DNA from: Trichinella spiralis
Taxonomy: Eukaryota
Direction of reading: 5' to 3'
DNA: 64,000 nucleotides
Assembly: GCF_000181795.1 (NCBI RefSeq)
Contig: NW_003526941.1
Location: 8,844,858-8,908,857, forward strand
Part shown: positions 41,360 to 55,600 of the stretch, piece after piece
Position numbering within the stretch: the first letter of the stretch is position 1
Layout: each line of letters starts with the position of its first letter
Translations under genes and position numbers: made by a program
The notes under the pieces: model-generated
What the model was told of the DNA's origin: nothing
Database searches by the model: none
Seen by the model: the letters and a program-made list of their open reading frames with translations, nothing else

Positions 41360-44300
41360 TCACTGGTTGGGATCTAAGACGTGAATGAATGGATTCGGAC
41401 CACGACTGGATGCAGCTGTTGTTGTTCGTGCTGAAATTTTTAAATTTTGTTATTAATAATAATAATCTGCGATTAGTTGCGCGTCTACTGATTCAGAAAT
41501 GTAGAATATTTAAATGGGATTTACATTCATATAGTCCAAGAGTGCAACTGATCCACTCTTTCAATGTCAGATGCGAGTCGCTGTTTCCGTCGCAACTTCG
41601 GAAAAAATTTCTTCCACACTTTCGAAGTCCTTTCCACTGCTTCAATACCATCCTGTAGTGTTTCCACTCTTGTTTCTCCAGTTTCTTAACATTAAGTACA
41701 TTTCGAAAATAATTCTAATGGGGTATCGTGGAAAACAGATGAGGGGGAGGTATCACTTACTCCATTTTTGTTCCTGTCTAAATCAATAAATTTCCATCGC
41801 AAGGCCATCTCTCGACGACTCATCTCTTCAGAGAATTCTGAAAATCCACTGGCGATCATGCTGCTTTCCAAAGTTCCAAACAATCTCTGTAAGAATCGAT
41901 GAAGTTTCTTCGAGTTGCACCCTGAAAAACAAATTGTATATTTTTATTTCACTTACTCTTCGGAATAGGTTAAAATAAAATATTTTGTTTTTCGCAATAT
42001 TTATTTCTTCTGATAAATGCAGAATGCATTTGTACAAACCTCTAATTTTTAGTGCAGTTTTTTCTTTCTGATCGCATACTGGTCTAGCATTTTTCGCAGA
42101 TGTGTTTGGAATTGGTTTTCCAGATTCAGGCTCTGCACACCAACAGAAGCCGGTAAGCTTGTGACATTGCACTTGTTGGAAAAGGCGGTCATTTTCACCC
42201 TTACACACGGGAATATAGATTCCAGAGGTCGGTGTTCTTTTATGATCTTCAAGTGCTTTTTGCCTTTGCGATTTGCAGTCTGTTTTTTCTAAATTTTAAT
42301 ACTTACAAGTGATTTTCTTCAGAGATATGACGCTTTCATTTTTACACTACCTTCTTCTTGCGTATCTGCAATTGCATTTTGTGAGGATTTTTCTCTGAGA
42401 CCGAAACCATTGCCAGCGGCGGCATTGCTGCTTGCCCAAAGACTTGCTGCTTGCAGTCCTCAAAAGATTACCTTTATTACACAGTGTATGTGTTGTGGAG
42501 AATTTTGGGAGGGGGATGGGTGGAAACATGCGACGGGATTTCTTTGAGCAACGGGAAAAGTAGCAGCACTACAAAATGCAAGCTCTACATACCATTTACC
42601 GGCGATGAAATAGTTTCACGCTCATCCATCATCATCATCAGGCCATGCTGTTTATTTTTGTTGAGCGAAAGCAGTAGACGAAAAGCCACTATGAAGCATA
42701 ATTTGCAAGTAAAAAATAAAATAAAATAAAGCATAGAAAACAACAATAAGCAACAAAGCAAGAGAAGTTAAAGTTGCCAAGCATAGCACAGTATGAATTG
42801 AGGAAATAAAGGTTAAAAAAGCGCGGCGAAATTAGCAATCAGGAGTAAGCTAGTAGCACACAAAAAATGATGCACTCACATTACCTCTGATCACATTAAG
42901 CGAAATTCCTAAAAAAATATCATCTATATCTGCACATATACAATGAAAATGGCAAATTTTAAGTTGTTCTTTTAACAACATCACTAGCAGTTTCAAATGA
43001 AAGAATTATTTCATCATCTTATGTTAGTTAGAGTTAGAGTTGAATGTGCTAAAAATTTATTAAATATTTGGTGCATTTTTTCATCTTTAGTTCAACATTT
43101 ATCTTCTTTGTTCACGTTTAGCATCAAATATTCTGTTGAACAAATTTACATGAATTATTATGAATTCAATTGTTTTTTGCAAAGATTGTTGATGCAACGT
43201 TTTTCATTACTTTTGACGAGAATCTGAGAGGTTTTTTTTGTTCACCTAATAATGTTTTGTAAAAGGAAAATTATTCCATCCAGTGTTGAGTTAAAATCTT
43301 GCAGCTACAATTGCAGCTGAAAGTCTAATTCAGAACAAATCGATGAATATTTTGTAATAGTGTTTGATAAACTTACTGTTTATGTCGACACCCATGCACA
43401 CTGCCCACTCTGAGCGGGAAATTTTCCTATCATGATCCAAATCACAATATTTCGGGAAACGATCGGCACAGCTTGTCGGCTGAATAATAGCCGAATGGAC
43501 CATTCGTCGAAGATTGCGCATTTCTTGGGCACTGATTTTTCCATCGCGGTTCAAATCCAGGCGATTGAATTTCCAATCAATTATCTTTCTAGCAGGCTGA
43601 TTGATGACGCTGACATCTGAAATTGATTTCAATTTTTTAAATATTGGGAATGAAATAAATGCAAATAGCGCAAGCATTTATTATCATTTACAAATTTACA
43701 TTCTGTAATTCTAAAAACGATCGTATTGTTAATACTTCAAACGCATTCTTGCGCCATATGGTTTTGTTTGATTATTTATATAATTTTTGAAAAAAAAACT
43801 TTTAATGTTTTGTTTTCTTAAAAAATGGTATTATTTATAGCACAGTTGTTGATTAGATTATTTCGTGGTGATTAGAGCTTTTAAAACTAAAATTGAACAC
43901 CAATGATGATGATGATCATGATGATATATAACAGTCGTCTTCTGAGCACGGTATTATTGAACACTTGTTGACATTATGAGCAAGTTGAAACGCTTAGGAA
44001 TGAAATCTGTGTTTGCTTGCGTTCTGCATTCCAAAAAGCAACAAATATGCAAGATAAGCACGGCGTTTGTTGAATGATCAACAGAGGAAACGGCGTCAAA
44101 GCAATTTCCGCACGTGATTTGTTATCCTGCTGCTATAGTTAGTTAGTTAGCTAGCTAGCTAGTTGGTAGTTATTTATCAGTGATGGTTAATCTGCACTTT
44201 CAGTGCAGTTTGCATGTTGTTAGAATTTAACTAAGCCATACAGACAACAGAAGGAAAATTGTAAAGAGACAATGCAACAAAATAACAACGACAATAGTGA

Positions 44301-47300
44301 AATAATTATACCGCTGAAATGTCGCTCTTTTGCATGTTCTTCGCGTTCGTATTGCATTTGGAATAGCTTGATCAGATTGTTAGTGAATATTGATCGATTG
44401 GCAGTGCTGCATTCTAAATGAATGGAAAAAAAAGAAAAAAAATTAATTAATTAAGATACGAGGAGCACTGATTGAAATCAGTTTGAACGCAACTTATTTA
44501 CCTCTTCTTTTTTGGCCTTGTCCATTTTTGGAAGATCGCCGACCTACCTTTCCTGAAAGATAGCAGCCTCTTTTTCAGCTACAGCTTCTACAGAGTGAAT
44601 GTGTTGTATTGTAATTTTTTACCTTGTGCAAGACACATGGGTTTTTTGAATTGCGTCGAGGTTCCTGGGATCGGCTTGCCCGCCGTTGTCACGCACCAGC
44701 AGTATCCGGTTGACTTGTGGCACTGAAAATATGTTCACTACTGTTGAAATGAGATTCACTGTGTATTCGCACCTGTACTGAGGAGAAAGAACCGTCGGGC
44801 TCACATTCGGGAATGAACAGCGTCGTCACGTTCTTGGATGCGGCCAAATTGTTTTGGAAAGCACGTTCCAACAGACATCGTCCTTTCTCTTCAAAACCAA
44901 CATCCTCATCTCTGCATGAGTATGATAAAAATATTTTGGCAGTCATCTTCGCTTACCTGAACACGGTCCTTGATGTTTGACTTGCACAGGGCTGCCGAGG
45001 CATTCAACTCTTTTCACTTCGCACTTGCTATTGTACGTTCGTCCGTCCGTGCCACAGACAGGGTCCATTGGTAGCGTATCCGATGTGCAGATCACATCCG
45101 CGTTGCAGGAGCTGGATGTTTTCTAATGAAAAGTCAAAGTTTACAACTAATTTATTATTTGCACAACTCAGTATTCAATTATTATTTCACTTCTTTAATC
45201 AGCATCAATTTTAATGAACGCGATCAGGGGACTGTTGAAAATTATTTCTATTAATCAACCGAACCAATCATCGGTCAGCTATGTAAACTGATTTTGCGAT
45301 TTCTATTTTATTTGACGTCTGTCCGTAGATATGAGCTTCATTTTTTATTGCAAACACAAGCAGTGAGCGTTGAGCAGCAGGTTGGATTTTTGATATTTTT
45401 GCTCGACATAACGCAAGCTAAGCTTTCCGCGGAAAGGAAAATTGATTTNNNNNNNNNNGGTGTTCTTTTTATGATCTCAACTGCTTTTTGCCCTTTGCGG
45501 ATTTTGCAGTCTGTTTTTTCTAAAATTTTAATACTTACAAGTGATTTTCTTCAGAGATATGACGCTTTCATTTTTACACTACCTTCTTCTTGCGTATCTG
45601 CAATTGCATTTTGTGAGGATTTTTCTCTGAGACCGAAACCATTGCCAGCGGCGGCATTGCTGCTTGCCCAAAGACTTGCTGCTTGCAGTCCTCAAAAGAT
45701 TACCTTTATTACACAGTGTATGTGTTGTGGAGAATTTTGGGAGGGGGATGGGTGGAAACATGCGACGGGATTTCTTTGAGCAACGGGAAAAGTAGCAGCA
45801 CTACAAAATGCAAGCTCTACATACCATTTACCGGCGATGAAATAGTTTCACGCTCATCCATCATCATCATCAGGCCATGCTGTTTATTTTTGTTGAGCGA
45901 AAGCAGTAGACGAAAAGCCACTATGAAGCATAATTTGCAAGTAAAAAATAAAATAAAATAAAATAAAGCATAGAAAACAACAATAAGCAACAAAGCAAGA
46001 GAAGTTAAAGTTGCCAAGCATAGCATAGCACAGTATGAATTGAGGAAATAAAGGTTAAAGAAGCGCGGCAAAATTAGCAATCAGGAGTAAGCTAGTAGCA
46101 CACAAAAAATGATGCACTCACATTACCTCTGATCACATTAAGCGAAATTCCTAAAAAAAATATCATCTATATCTGCACATATGAAAATGGCAAATTTTAA
46201 GTTGTTCTTTTAACAACATCACTAGCAGTTTCAAATGAAAGAATTATTTCATCATCTTATGTTAGTTAGAGTTAGAGTTGAATGTGCTAAAATTTATTAA
46301 ATATTTGGTGCATTTTTTCATCTTTAGTTCAACATTTATCTTCTTTGTTCACGTTTAACATCAAATATTCTGTTGAACAAATTTACATGAATTATTATGA
46401 ATTCAATTGTTTTTTGCAAAGATTGTTGATGCAACATTTTTCACTTCTTTTGACGAGAATCTGAGAGGTTTTTTTTGTTCACCTAATAATGTTTTGTAAA
46501 AGGAAAATTATTCCATCCAGTGTTGAGTTAAAATCTTGCAGCTACAATTGCAGCTGAAAATCTAATTCAGAACAAATCGATGAATATTTTGTAATAGTGT
46601 TTGATAAACTTACTGTTTATGTCGACACCCATGCACACTGCCCACTCTGAGCGGGAAATTTTCCTATCATGATCCAAATCACAATATTTCGGGAAACGAT
46701 CGGCACAGCTTGTCGGCTGAATAATAGCCGAATGGACCATTCGTCGAAGATTGCGCATCTCTTGGGCACTGATTTTTCCATCGCGGTTCAAATCCAGGCG
46801 ATTGAATTTCCAATCAATTATCTTTCTAGCAGGCTGATTGATGACGCTAACATCTGAAATTGATTTCAATTTTTTAAATATTGGAAATGAAATCAATGCA
46901 AATAGCGCAAGCATTTATTATCATTTACAAATTTACATTCTGTAATTCTAAAAACGATCGTGTTGTTAATACTTCAAACGCATTCTTGCGCCATATGGTT
47001 TTGTTTGATTATTTATATAATTTTTGAAAAAAAAACTTTTAATGTTTTCTTCTCTTAAAAAAATGGTATTATTTATAGCACAATTGTTGATTAGATTATT
47101 TCGTGGTGATTAGAGCTTTTAAAACTAAAATTGAACACCAATGATGATATATAATAGTCGTCTTCTGAGCACGGTATTATTGAACACTTGTTGACATTAT
47201 GAGCAACTTGAAACGCTTAGGAATGAAATCTGTGTTTGCTTGCTTTCTGCATTCCAAAAAGCAACAAATATGCGAGATAAGCACGGCGTTTGTTGAATGA

Positions 47301-50300
47301 TCAACAGAGGAAACGGCGTCAAAGCAATTTCCGCACGTGATTTGTTATCCTGCTGCTATAGTTAGTTAGTTAGCTAGCTAGCTAGTTGGTAGTTATTTAT
47401 CAGTGGTGGTTAATCTGCACTTTCAGTGCAGTTTGCATGTTGTTAGAATTTGACTAAGCCATACAGACAACAGGAGGAAAATTGTAAAGAGACAATGCAA
47501 CAAAATAACAACGACAATAGTGAAATAATTATACCGCTGAAATGTCGCTCTTTTGCATGTTCTTCGCGTTCGTATTGCATTTGGAATAGCTTGATCAGAT
47601 TGTTAGTGAATATTGATCGATTGGCAGTGCTGCATTCTAAATGAATGGAAAAAAAAGAAAAAAAATTAATTAATTAAGATACGAGGAGCACTGATTGAAA
47701 TCAGTTTGAACGCAACTTATTTACCTCTTCTTTTTTGGCCTTGTCCATTTTTGGAAGATCGCCGACCTACCTTTCCTGAAAGATAGCAGCCTCTTTTTCA
47801 GCTACAGCTTCTATAGAGTGAATGTGTTGTATTGTAATTTTTTACCTTGTGCAAGACACATGGGTTTTTTGAATTGCGTCGAGGTTCCTGGGATCGGCTT
47901 GCCCGCCGTTGTCACGCACCAGCAGTATCCGGTTGACTTGTGGCACTGAAAATATGTTCACTACTGTTGAAATGAGATTCACTGTGTATTCGCACCTGTA
48001 CTGAGGAGAAAGAACCGTCGGGCTCACATTCGGGAATGAACAGCGTCGTCACGTTCTTGGATGCGGCCAAATTGTTTTGGAAAGCACGTTCCAACAGACA
48101 TCGTCCTTTCTCTTCAAAACCAACATCCTCATCTCTGCATGAGTATGATAAAAATATTTTGGCAGTCATCTTCGCTTACCTGAACACGGTCCTTGATGTT
48201 TGACTTGCACAGGGCTGCCGAGGCATTCAACTCTTTTCACTTCGCACTTGCTATTGTACGTTCGTCCGTCCGTGCCACAGACAGGGTCCATTGGTAGCGT
48301 ATCCGATGTGCAGATCACATCCGCGTTGCAGGAGCTGGATGTTTTCTAATGAAAAGTCAAAGTTTACAACTAATTTATTATTTGCACAACTCAGTATTCA
48401 ATTATTATTTCACTTCTTTAATCAGCATCAATTTTAATGAACGCGATCAGGGGACTGTTGAAAATTATTTCTATTAATCAACCGAACCAATCATCGGTCA
48501 GCTATGTAAACTGATTTTGCGATTTCTATTTTATTTGACGTCTGTCCGTAGATATGAGCTTCATTTTTTATTGCAAACACAAGCAGTGAGCGTTGAGCAG
48601 CAGGTTTGGATTTTTGAAATTTTTGCTCGACAAACGCAAGCTAAGCTTCGGCGGAAGGGAGATTGATTTTTTATTTATCTGATTAGAAAACAAACAACCA
48701 TTGCGAATTCTGTCCAGAAAATAAATAAAACCCAACGTCAATCACTGACCTACTGTTTATAGTACGGCGGCACATATTGCACATGAATTCATTGGGTGAC
48801 AATTATTGGAAGTTCTCTTGGTGACAAGTTGACTGATATCAGACTGTCGAGGGGAACGGACCAGAAAAAAAAGGACAGAATAAAGCTGAGGGTAGTTGAA
48901 TGAAACCCACGCGGCGAACGAAATTGGTGATGAACTTGAGCTAAATGTGATTGATGATAATTGATGCACGCAACTGAAAATGCTCATACTGAGCTATGAT
49001 GAAATTGAAACGTCATGCATACTGTGGAGCAATGCAAAATTTTTGACCATTGAAGAAAAGCCTTTGTTTTGTTTTGTTTGTTTGTTTGTTTCTTAGTTTG
49101 ATTTTGACTGACTTTTTTGCATGTTTAATGGAATTTATCCAATAATCATTCGTATGTTGTGGTATGCTGATACTGTGTTGACTGATACCTAGCGTGATGT
49201 AGGTTGGAATATAGTTTTTTTTTTATTATAGTGGGATTTTTTTAAGTTGAAGTTTCACAATTTTATCAGAGCTTTACGCTTCATTGAAAACGTAGAATTT
49301 CATCGTTTCACCCGTTGTACATTGAAAAGAAATGGTTAATCAATCAAAACCAAGAACCATCATCAATCAAAAGAGGGTAATTTTTCAGTGAAAGTTAACT
49401 TGGATAGTTTATGATGGTGATTCACAAAACGTTGATAAATTTAAATTATTTCAAGAGCAGTTTAAAAAAATTTTCAGTCAACAAGTTGGTTTCACCGTTG
49501 AACGTTGTGCCATCAGTGCCAGGCAAGTGGAATCATCATCCAAAGCTGGCGCAACGACGGTAATTAGTAAATCTCAGTTGAACTTTTGATGCGCAATGCA
49601 ATGCAATGAATGACTAACCGTTGTTCGAAAGCAAACATTCTCTCGGTCATTAACTGAAAAGATTACTTACTACTTGAACTAGCCTTGCTAGCTTGAACTG
49701 GGCTAACTGAATTGCCTAAGCGGAAATGAAGCACGCAATGTTTGCGTTGAACTGCATGCACTTTTGCAATCTCGAATCAATAGTAGGAATAGTAGTAGTA
49801 GTAGTAGCAGTAGAACCACTAGTACACCACTTTTTGCTTCTTCAATCATCCATACTTATTGTATTTCTGAAAAAAGTGTGCATTCTGATTGTTTTTTTTT
49901 GTTGGTAGCAACTTTTCAACAGACTGTACAGGAACTTAGGAAAAAAAGAAACTATGCAAATTTAATCAATAAACAACATCCTTCATGTTTTACCTGTTAG
50001 TGGAATAATATGCTGTTTCGAAAATCCCACTTGCTCTTGGCAGTGAAAAGCTGACAAAAATTTCAGCAATGATTCCAATCACTTTCGGCTTTGTTTCAGT
50101 CAGAAGGTCAATCAGTATCTTTCAGTGCTTTGATGGTTATATTTATTATACAGAGCTGCTTTTTTAATTGTCATATTTCGAACACCGCACTGAGTATAAT
50201 TTATATTTTAAAATATTACTTATACAACTGTTTTCAAGTTTAAGTTTAGAGATTGATATATAAAAGCAGAAGAAAATTTAATCTATTTACCATTAAACTA

Positions 50301-51299
50301 ACAGTTAATAATAATAATAATAATATCTAAGACGGGGCATAAATTTTGGTAAGTAAAATACAGTTAGACGTGGTGGAAGAAGGCCTGCTTGTTACTTACT
50401 GTTTTTCCTTTGGCAAACAGCACCCCCGCTTTGTTTGCTTGTTGACAAAATCGATATGCTACTGGGTAAATGTTAAATTTTCTTGTAAAAAATTAACTAC
50501 TAACTCTTCAATTCCTCCTCGAAGAAAGCCCATTTAATTATTATCATTGCAATGTGTGTGTGTGTGTGTATGTGAGTATTTTGTACGTAGATGTAAGAAG
50601 ATTTAGAGAATAAAGTTGCTCGTAATCAAGGTGTTGAACAGCACTGCACTACATTAAATGAAATGGTAATATAAATCTGATGATCTTCGGTTTTGATTTT
50701 GAAAATTTGTTTACATTTTCCTGCTTATATATAAGTCATTTTGAACCGCATACTACTCAGTAATAGGAAAAAATTACCATTTTTCTGAACCAATAAACAC
50801 TGCTACTTTATTACTTTTTTCTACCAGGTACTTATTGTCCATCTTCCGAAGAGAATAATGTTTTTTACATACTTTACTTCTCAACAGAGGAAAAGTTTGA
50901 AAAAGGATGTGGATTTTTTTAGCTCATAAAATTAATGGAATGTACTGAATATGTTTGCATTATGCGCGGTCATTACTCTTGACATTCTGTTAACTTACAA
51001 TGGTGACACATAAAGCATACCACTGGCATCCTCTGGAGAAGCAGAGGATTAACAGAGGCGTGTTTTTGGGTCCTGAAAAAGGGAAGGGTCGGTCACCGTG
51101 ACCTGGTGTCACAATGGCACCGCCGATTTGCTTTTACCCTCACGCTACTTAAGAATACCAAAAAAATAATATATCGCGTATAATAAAAGTAAAATGTTCA
51201 GCTCACCGAAGGATGGACAACTGGTGTTGACGCTTTGCTGCATATTGTACAAAGCAGAAAAACGATTGTTACTATGCCAGGTTTGATTTTTTCGCACAT
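41360..51299 (-). CDS. smoc-1: SPARC-related modular calcium-binding protein (SMOC/Pentagone-like): signal - Kazal - TY - EC - TY - EC
   Basis: Signal exon 51299-51207 (MCEKIKPGIVTIVFLLCTICSKA) splices in phase 0 to a Kazal domain (PVCGTDGRTYNSKC). Thyroglobulin repeats (QCHKSTGYCWCV; QCHKLTGFCWCA), EF-hand EC domains (WKFNRLDLNRDGKIS; WKFIDLDRNKNG..CDGNSDSHLTLKEW), end RGPNPFIHVLDPNQ*. Confidence 0.88.
42231..48668. repeat. Near-identical 3.2 kb direct duplication (42231-45448 / 45459-48668) across an N-gap
   Basis: Paired identical ORFs (42347/45579, 43330/46567, 44689/47912). Differences are SNPs and microsatellite lengths, with mismatches clustered at the gap edges. Confidence 0.95.
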
Positions 51300-53079
51300 C
51301 GTGATTCACCGTCAATCTTGTTACGGAGGATTTTATTTAAATTAAGCTTCCGCAGAAAGCTCAATCTAAACGGTCATGTGGTGCAGCAAACGAGAGAAGC
51401 GTGTAGAAGAAAACAAGATGAACGGGCAGATCCATGTTTGTTAGCTTTAGCACATAAGCTGCGCAGAAAATGACGCACCAATAAACAGTTCAGTAAGCAG
51501 ATAGATAGTTTGAAAAAAGAGGGAGAGCAGTATAGAAAAAAGGATCCTTTGACAAAAACAACAATCCACGACTGGTAAGCAACAAGCAGTATTCTATCTG
51601 TATGGCTGCAATGGCCGACACTGTTGAAGACGGCCGTTACTTAGTCTGTGGGTGTTATAATGGCGATGGTGTCGACCTTTTTTCTTTTTGTCTTCACGGA
51701 CAATGGTCGAAAGCTGCTATACGGCACAGGTGACGTCCTAGATGTTCATGGGAATGCTCGACCGACCAGACAAAGCGGCGTCGTTCCAATGCGAAAATTT
51801 GGCGCGCCATCTGCTGCTCAACGGCGATTGGTCGCTGAGACAGCTCGAACCTTGACCTGAGTTGCTGTTCTTAGTGTGTGGAAAAAGCCGTGAGGTTGTA
51901 TCCAATTGACTGTAGTATCTTGCAACTGGCTTGGATCAGATTTTAATTTTTTTTTTCTTTGGTTCAGGTCAATGAAAATTGCTTGCTTCCTTTTTTTTAT
52001 TTCAATCATAGACGCACAGCTATTTTCACTCTGACCTAGTCGAGAGCTTTGTTTTACGCTGTTTACATACACTAATCGCAATTATTACTATTATTCTTTG
52101 TCATGCTTTCAATTTGGATCAAACATCTCTGTTATAACATAACAAACGCTATTCAGTTGTGACATTGTTGTGCAGATAAAAATCGTCTCATCTTCTTCAA
52201 TATGAATATGTCAAAAATTTGAGCGACGCATTTGCGTTTCAAATGTTCAAACTTAAATATTGTTCATTGTTGAAACGTTAAACAAAGCTTCATCTTCCGT
52301 TGAAATAAACTCATTGTGCAAATAAAAAAATATTAACAATGTTTAATGTTCAAACAATCTATGCATCAACGAGACGAGATGATTCATTGATTAAGAAATT
52401 GTTTTTTGCTACATATATCACATGAACTCTCTAATTAAATTAACTGATAGCGCACAAATATGAACGATTATTCAGTTTGTTGTAACTTTATGTTTGAAAA
52501 CATTTTGAATTGATAAAAATTTTAAAAGTCAACAAAATTATCTTTATCTTAGACTTAGTTATTGATTTCGATAAACGAAATCGAACTATAACGGTTCCGC
52601 CATCTTGTAGCCCAAGTTTCTTTACTACTTAGACTTGGGGCTTCTCAGCCTCGAAGTCCATTGTGTGCCGTGCTGATTTTCATTAGAGACTGCAATCATG
52701 ATCAGACAGTACAATGTGATCATGATATCTGCGATTAATATCATGAGAACATAATTAGTAAAATCCATTATAGTATCCAATTGATAATTAAGTTAATATG
52801 GATTAAAGGGAATGGAGAATTCATGTTGAAATGATCATTGAACAAAGAAAGTTGCTTTTCCACAGCGAAATGAAGTTTTTCAACTACTTGTTTATCAATT
52901 AGAAGCGCCATTCTAGTAACACAAGTCAAATACAATAATAATATAATTATCAGTAAAATGTCGGTACGATTGCACATAAAATATTTCTCCACTACTGCTT
53001 TCCATACTTGCACAACCAATGAATGGAAAATAAATCGTTATATTTATATCTTTGGGTGTTATAGTTTTATGTTTCAGTT

Positions 53080-55600
53080 GACGTTCTATTCGTAATTTAG
53101 TGGGATAATTTCTTCAGTGTTGGATTACGTTAATGCCATCATTCTATAGGTCATTTTGTAACATTTATGACGCCGTTTTATTAAACAACTAGACATTATC
53201 ATCTTATGGAAACAGAATCGAAAGCATAGGTAGGAAAACAAGCAACCAAAATATGGAAAAGATAAATATTATTTTAACATTAATTTATAATATATTGTGA
53301 TTATGGAAATGTAACTTATAATTAAAAATTCTGTAACATACAGTAAATCGTTTGCTACTCACTGATAAGAAGGTTAATATTTTGTACTTCTTTAATTTAC
53401 GCCATAATATTATTTGTGATAGACAGAGACTTTCATCTGTAACGTATTGAACATTTTGTTGTTGTTCAGAAATTACTATAATCTTTGGTGTTGGCTCATT
53501 ACATTGTTATTATACGTTTTCAAAGCATACATGCATTTCTAGGTCAGAAGAGTAACTTTATGCAAATGTGATGGTAAGCACTGCCGTTGGCATTCTGCTA
53601 CGTGCACTTTGTGCTATGCAAATGCGGTAGCAATGTTCCTTATATAAATTTCTGTTTATTGAGAGAACTGCATTATAGTATAAATGTTCGCTGCTGAAGG
53701 GCGGTCTATTTACTTACTGCATTGCGTTATATGGTCATTTCGATGCTTCAATGCAACAATTACGTTGTGATTGTTAGACTAAGAATATGAAGAAACCACG
53801 AACATCGGTTACAAAATGTATGACTCTACGTTTGCTTCATACGTCATTCCTGACAGGTCTGCTGACAGGTATGAATTTTCATGTATTTGCTATTTTTCAT
53901 ACAATAATTTCTTTCTTTCTCTTGGCACACTGCACTAAACATGCGCGCTTTTTAAGCTTTTCGTAGTTGTTTGATTTTAGTCTTTTTGAATGGAAACTAG
54001 CGCATTGTTCTTCAGTAATGATGTTCAATTAATATTCGAGACCTTATTACGGCCAAGCCAATACATAATAGCACTAATGGTATATTTTGCTATAGTTTTC
54101 AATAGTCCTTACAAATCCATTTGTAAAGTAGTACTCTGACATAGCAGTTGAACCCCTCCCGCCTTATCTTTACAGCCCACTGTAATGTTTATTGCTAATA
54201 TAACATACTTGCCCAGTTGTTTAAAGGAAATGTCTGTCACCGGGATACTGCAGTCGCTCAATCCTATCCCAAAATGCTTATAACTGCTCATATCGTGCAC
54301 AAGATTGTTTCAGCATGACGTAGGAAAGCTGCTGTTACGTGGAGAACACACTTTTTTACTACCACCTTTGATACTTTCAGAATGGCAGTAACGTTCCCTT
54401 CATTTTTGAAATGACTCCTTAAAGTTTCCATTATGTCATTGTATTGCCAATAGCACTGATTTATACAGATGCACGTATTTTCTGTCATTGAGAAAATAAC
54501 TCAATGCCCATCAATGTTGTCAGTATTGATAAATTAAGCAATGCCTGAATGTTATACGTGAAGATTGAGTGGAAGAACGCATATGACAAATTCCACCTCC
54601 ATCCTTCAACCTCTCCCTCATTCCTTCCTGCTATGCTGTCCCGCCCTCCTTTCCTTTCTAATGATCCCCATCATTGAGCTCGTAATAATACTAAGCTGAA
54701 CAGAGATCGCATTAAACTGAAAATTCTCCCCACCCTCCCCCCCCTATATTTCGAGCTGAATGAACAGCACTTAGCTGTTTTCATTTCATAATAATCTAAT
54801 TTCTAATAATTGTTATCGACTAGCAATATAACCAAATCCAGGCTACTCGTGATTCTTTTGTTTTATTCTTTTCATAAAATGCAATACAGAATTGTCACCC
54901 GCATAAGTTTGTTGAATTCATTGCAAATCGCTCAGTTACTGAATTTCTGCGATTAGGGTTTTTCTCACATTGTATGTGGCGCGCTGATGCAGTTCTCAAC
55001 CAAGTTTGCAGTCTTACTATAAATCATCATAAGGTTTAAACAAAAGTTCAGTTTAAGCAAAATTTCAATAGTAAATAAGCTGTCAAGTGGCATGCCCACT
55101 GGTGCAGCCGCTTACCATCATTATGTCTACGCTGCGCACTTGTTAAATTATGTGTTTAAATAAATTGTATATTATAAAATTTCTGTCGCAGTTATCGTCA
55201 TAAAATTTCATGTCAACTGTTTAATTTTCCCTGAATCTGAAAACGTATGTTATTTTCGAAACTATTTTCAGTGGGAGCTATTTTTTATTATCCATGTAAT
55301 TTTGATTAGATGAAAAACATTGATAAAATGTAAATTATTTAATCACCTTGTTCTTTTAAGCAACTTAATCACACAACATGCATAAATACGCAGTGATAGC
55401 ATTACCGTTTATTTTTAGTAATTTGCGATACTTCATGTTAATAAGTTTACGTTTTAGGTAATTTTAGGGACAAAATTTGCATAACAATGCCATATTACGT
55501 ACTAATAGGAAGTGTGTAAATAAAAACGTAATAAATTTCATCGTCTCGTTTCATAATGTTGCTCATAATGTTTATTTTACTGCGCTATTACGATGGAAAA
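53080..55600 (-). pseudogene. Decayed F-box/leucine-rich-repeat gene (FBXL2/FBXL20-like), copy A
   Basis: Frame-broken fragments in the expected order: F-box-like NKCAA..W, MTENTCICI (cf. ITDSTC), LSDCSIPVTDISFKQLGKY, FVTDV, SDLEM, YVTDESL, CYKMT..NDGI. Many stops and frameshifts. Confidence 0.6.

Noticed and set aside
42200..42260. Possible frameshift in the second SMOC TY exon
   Set aside because: Recounting the T run gives a continuous frame (DHKRTPTSGIYIPVC).
51028..51049. 8-bp hairpin atcctctg/cagaggat in SMOC intron 1
   Set aside because: Too short to distinguish from chance.
51602..51860. ORFs divergent from the SMOC start
   Set aside because: No recognisable domain or supported splice partners; more likely promoter/UTR.
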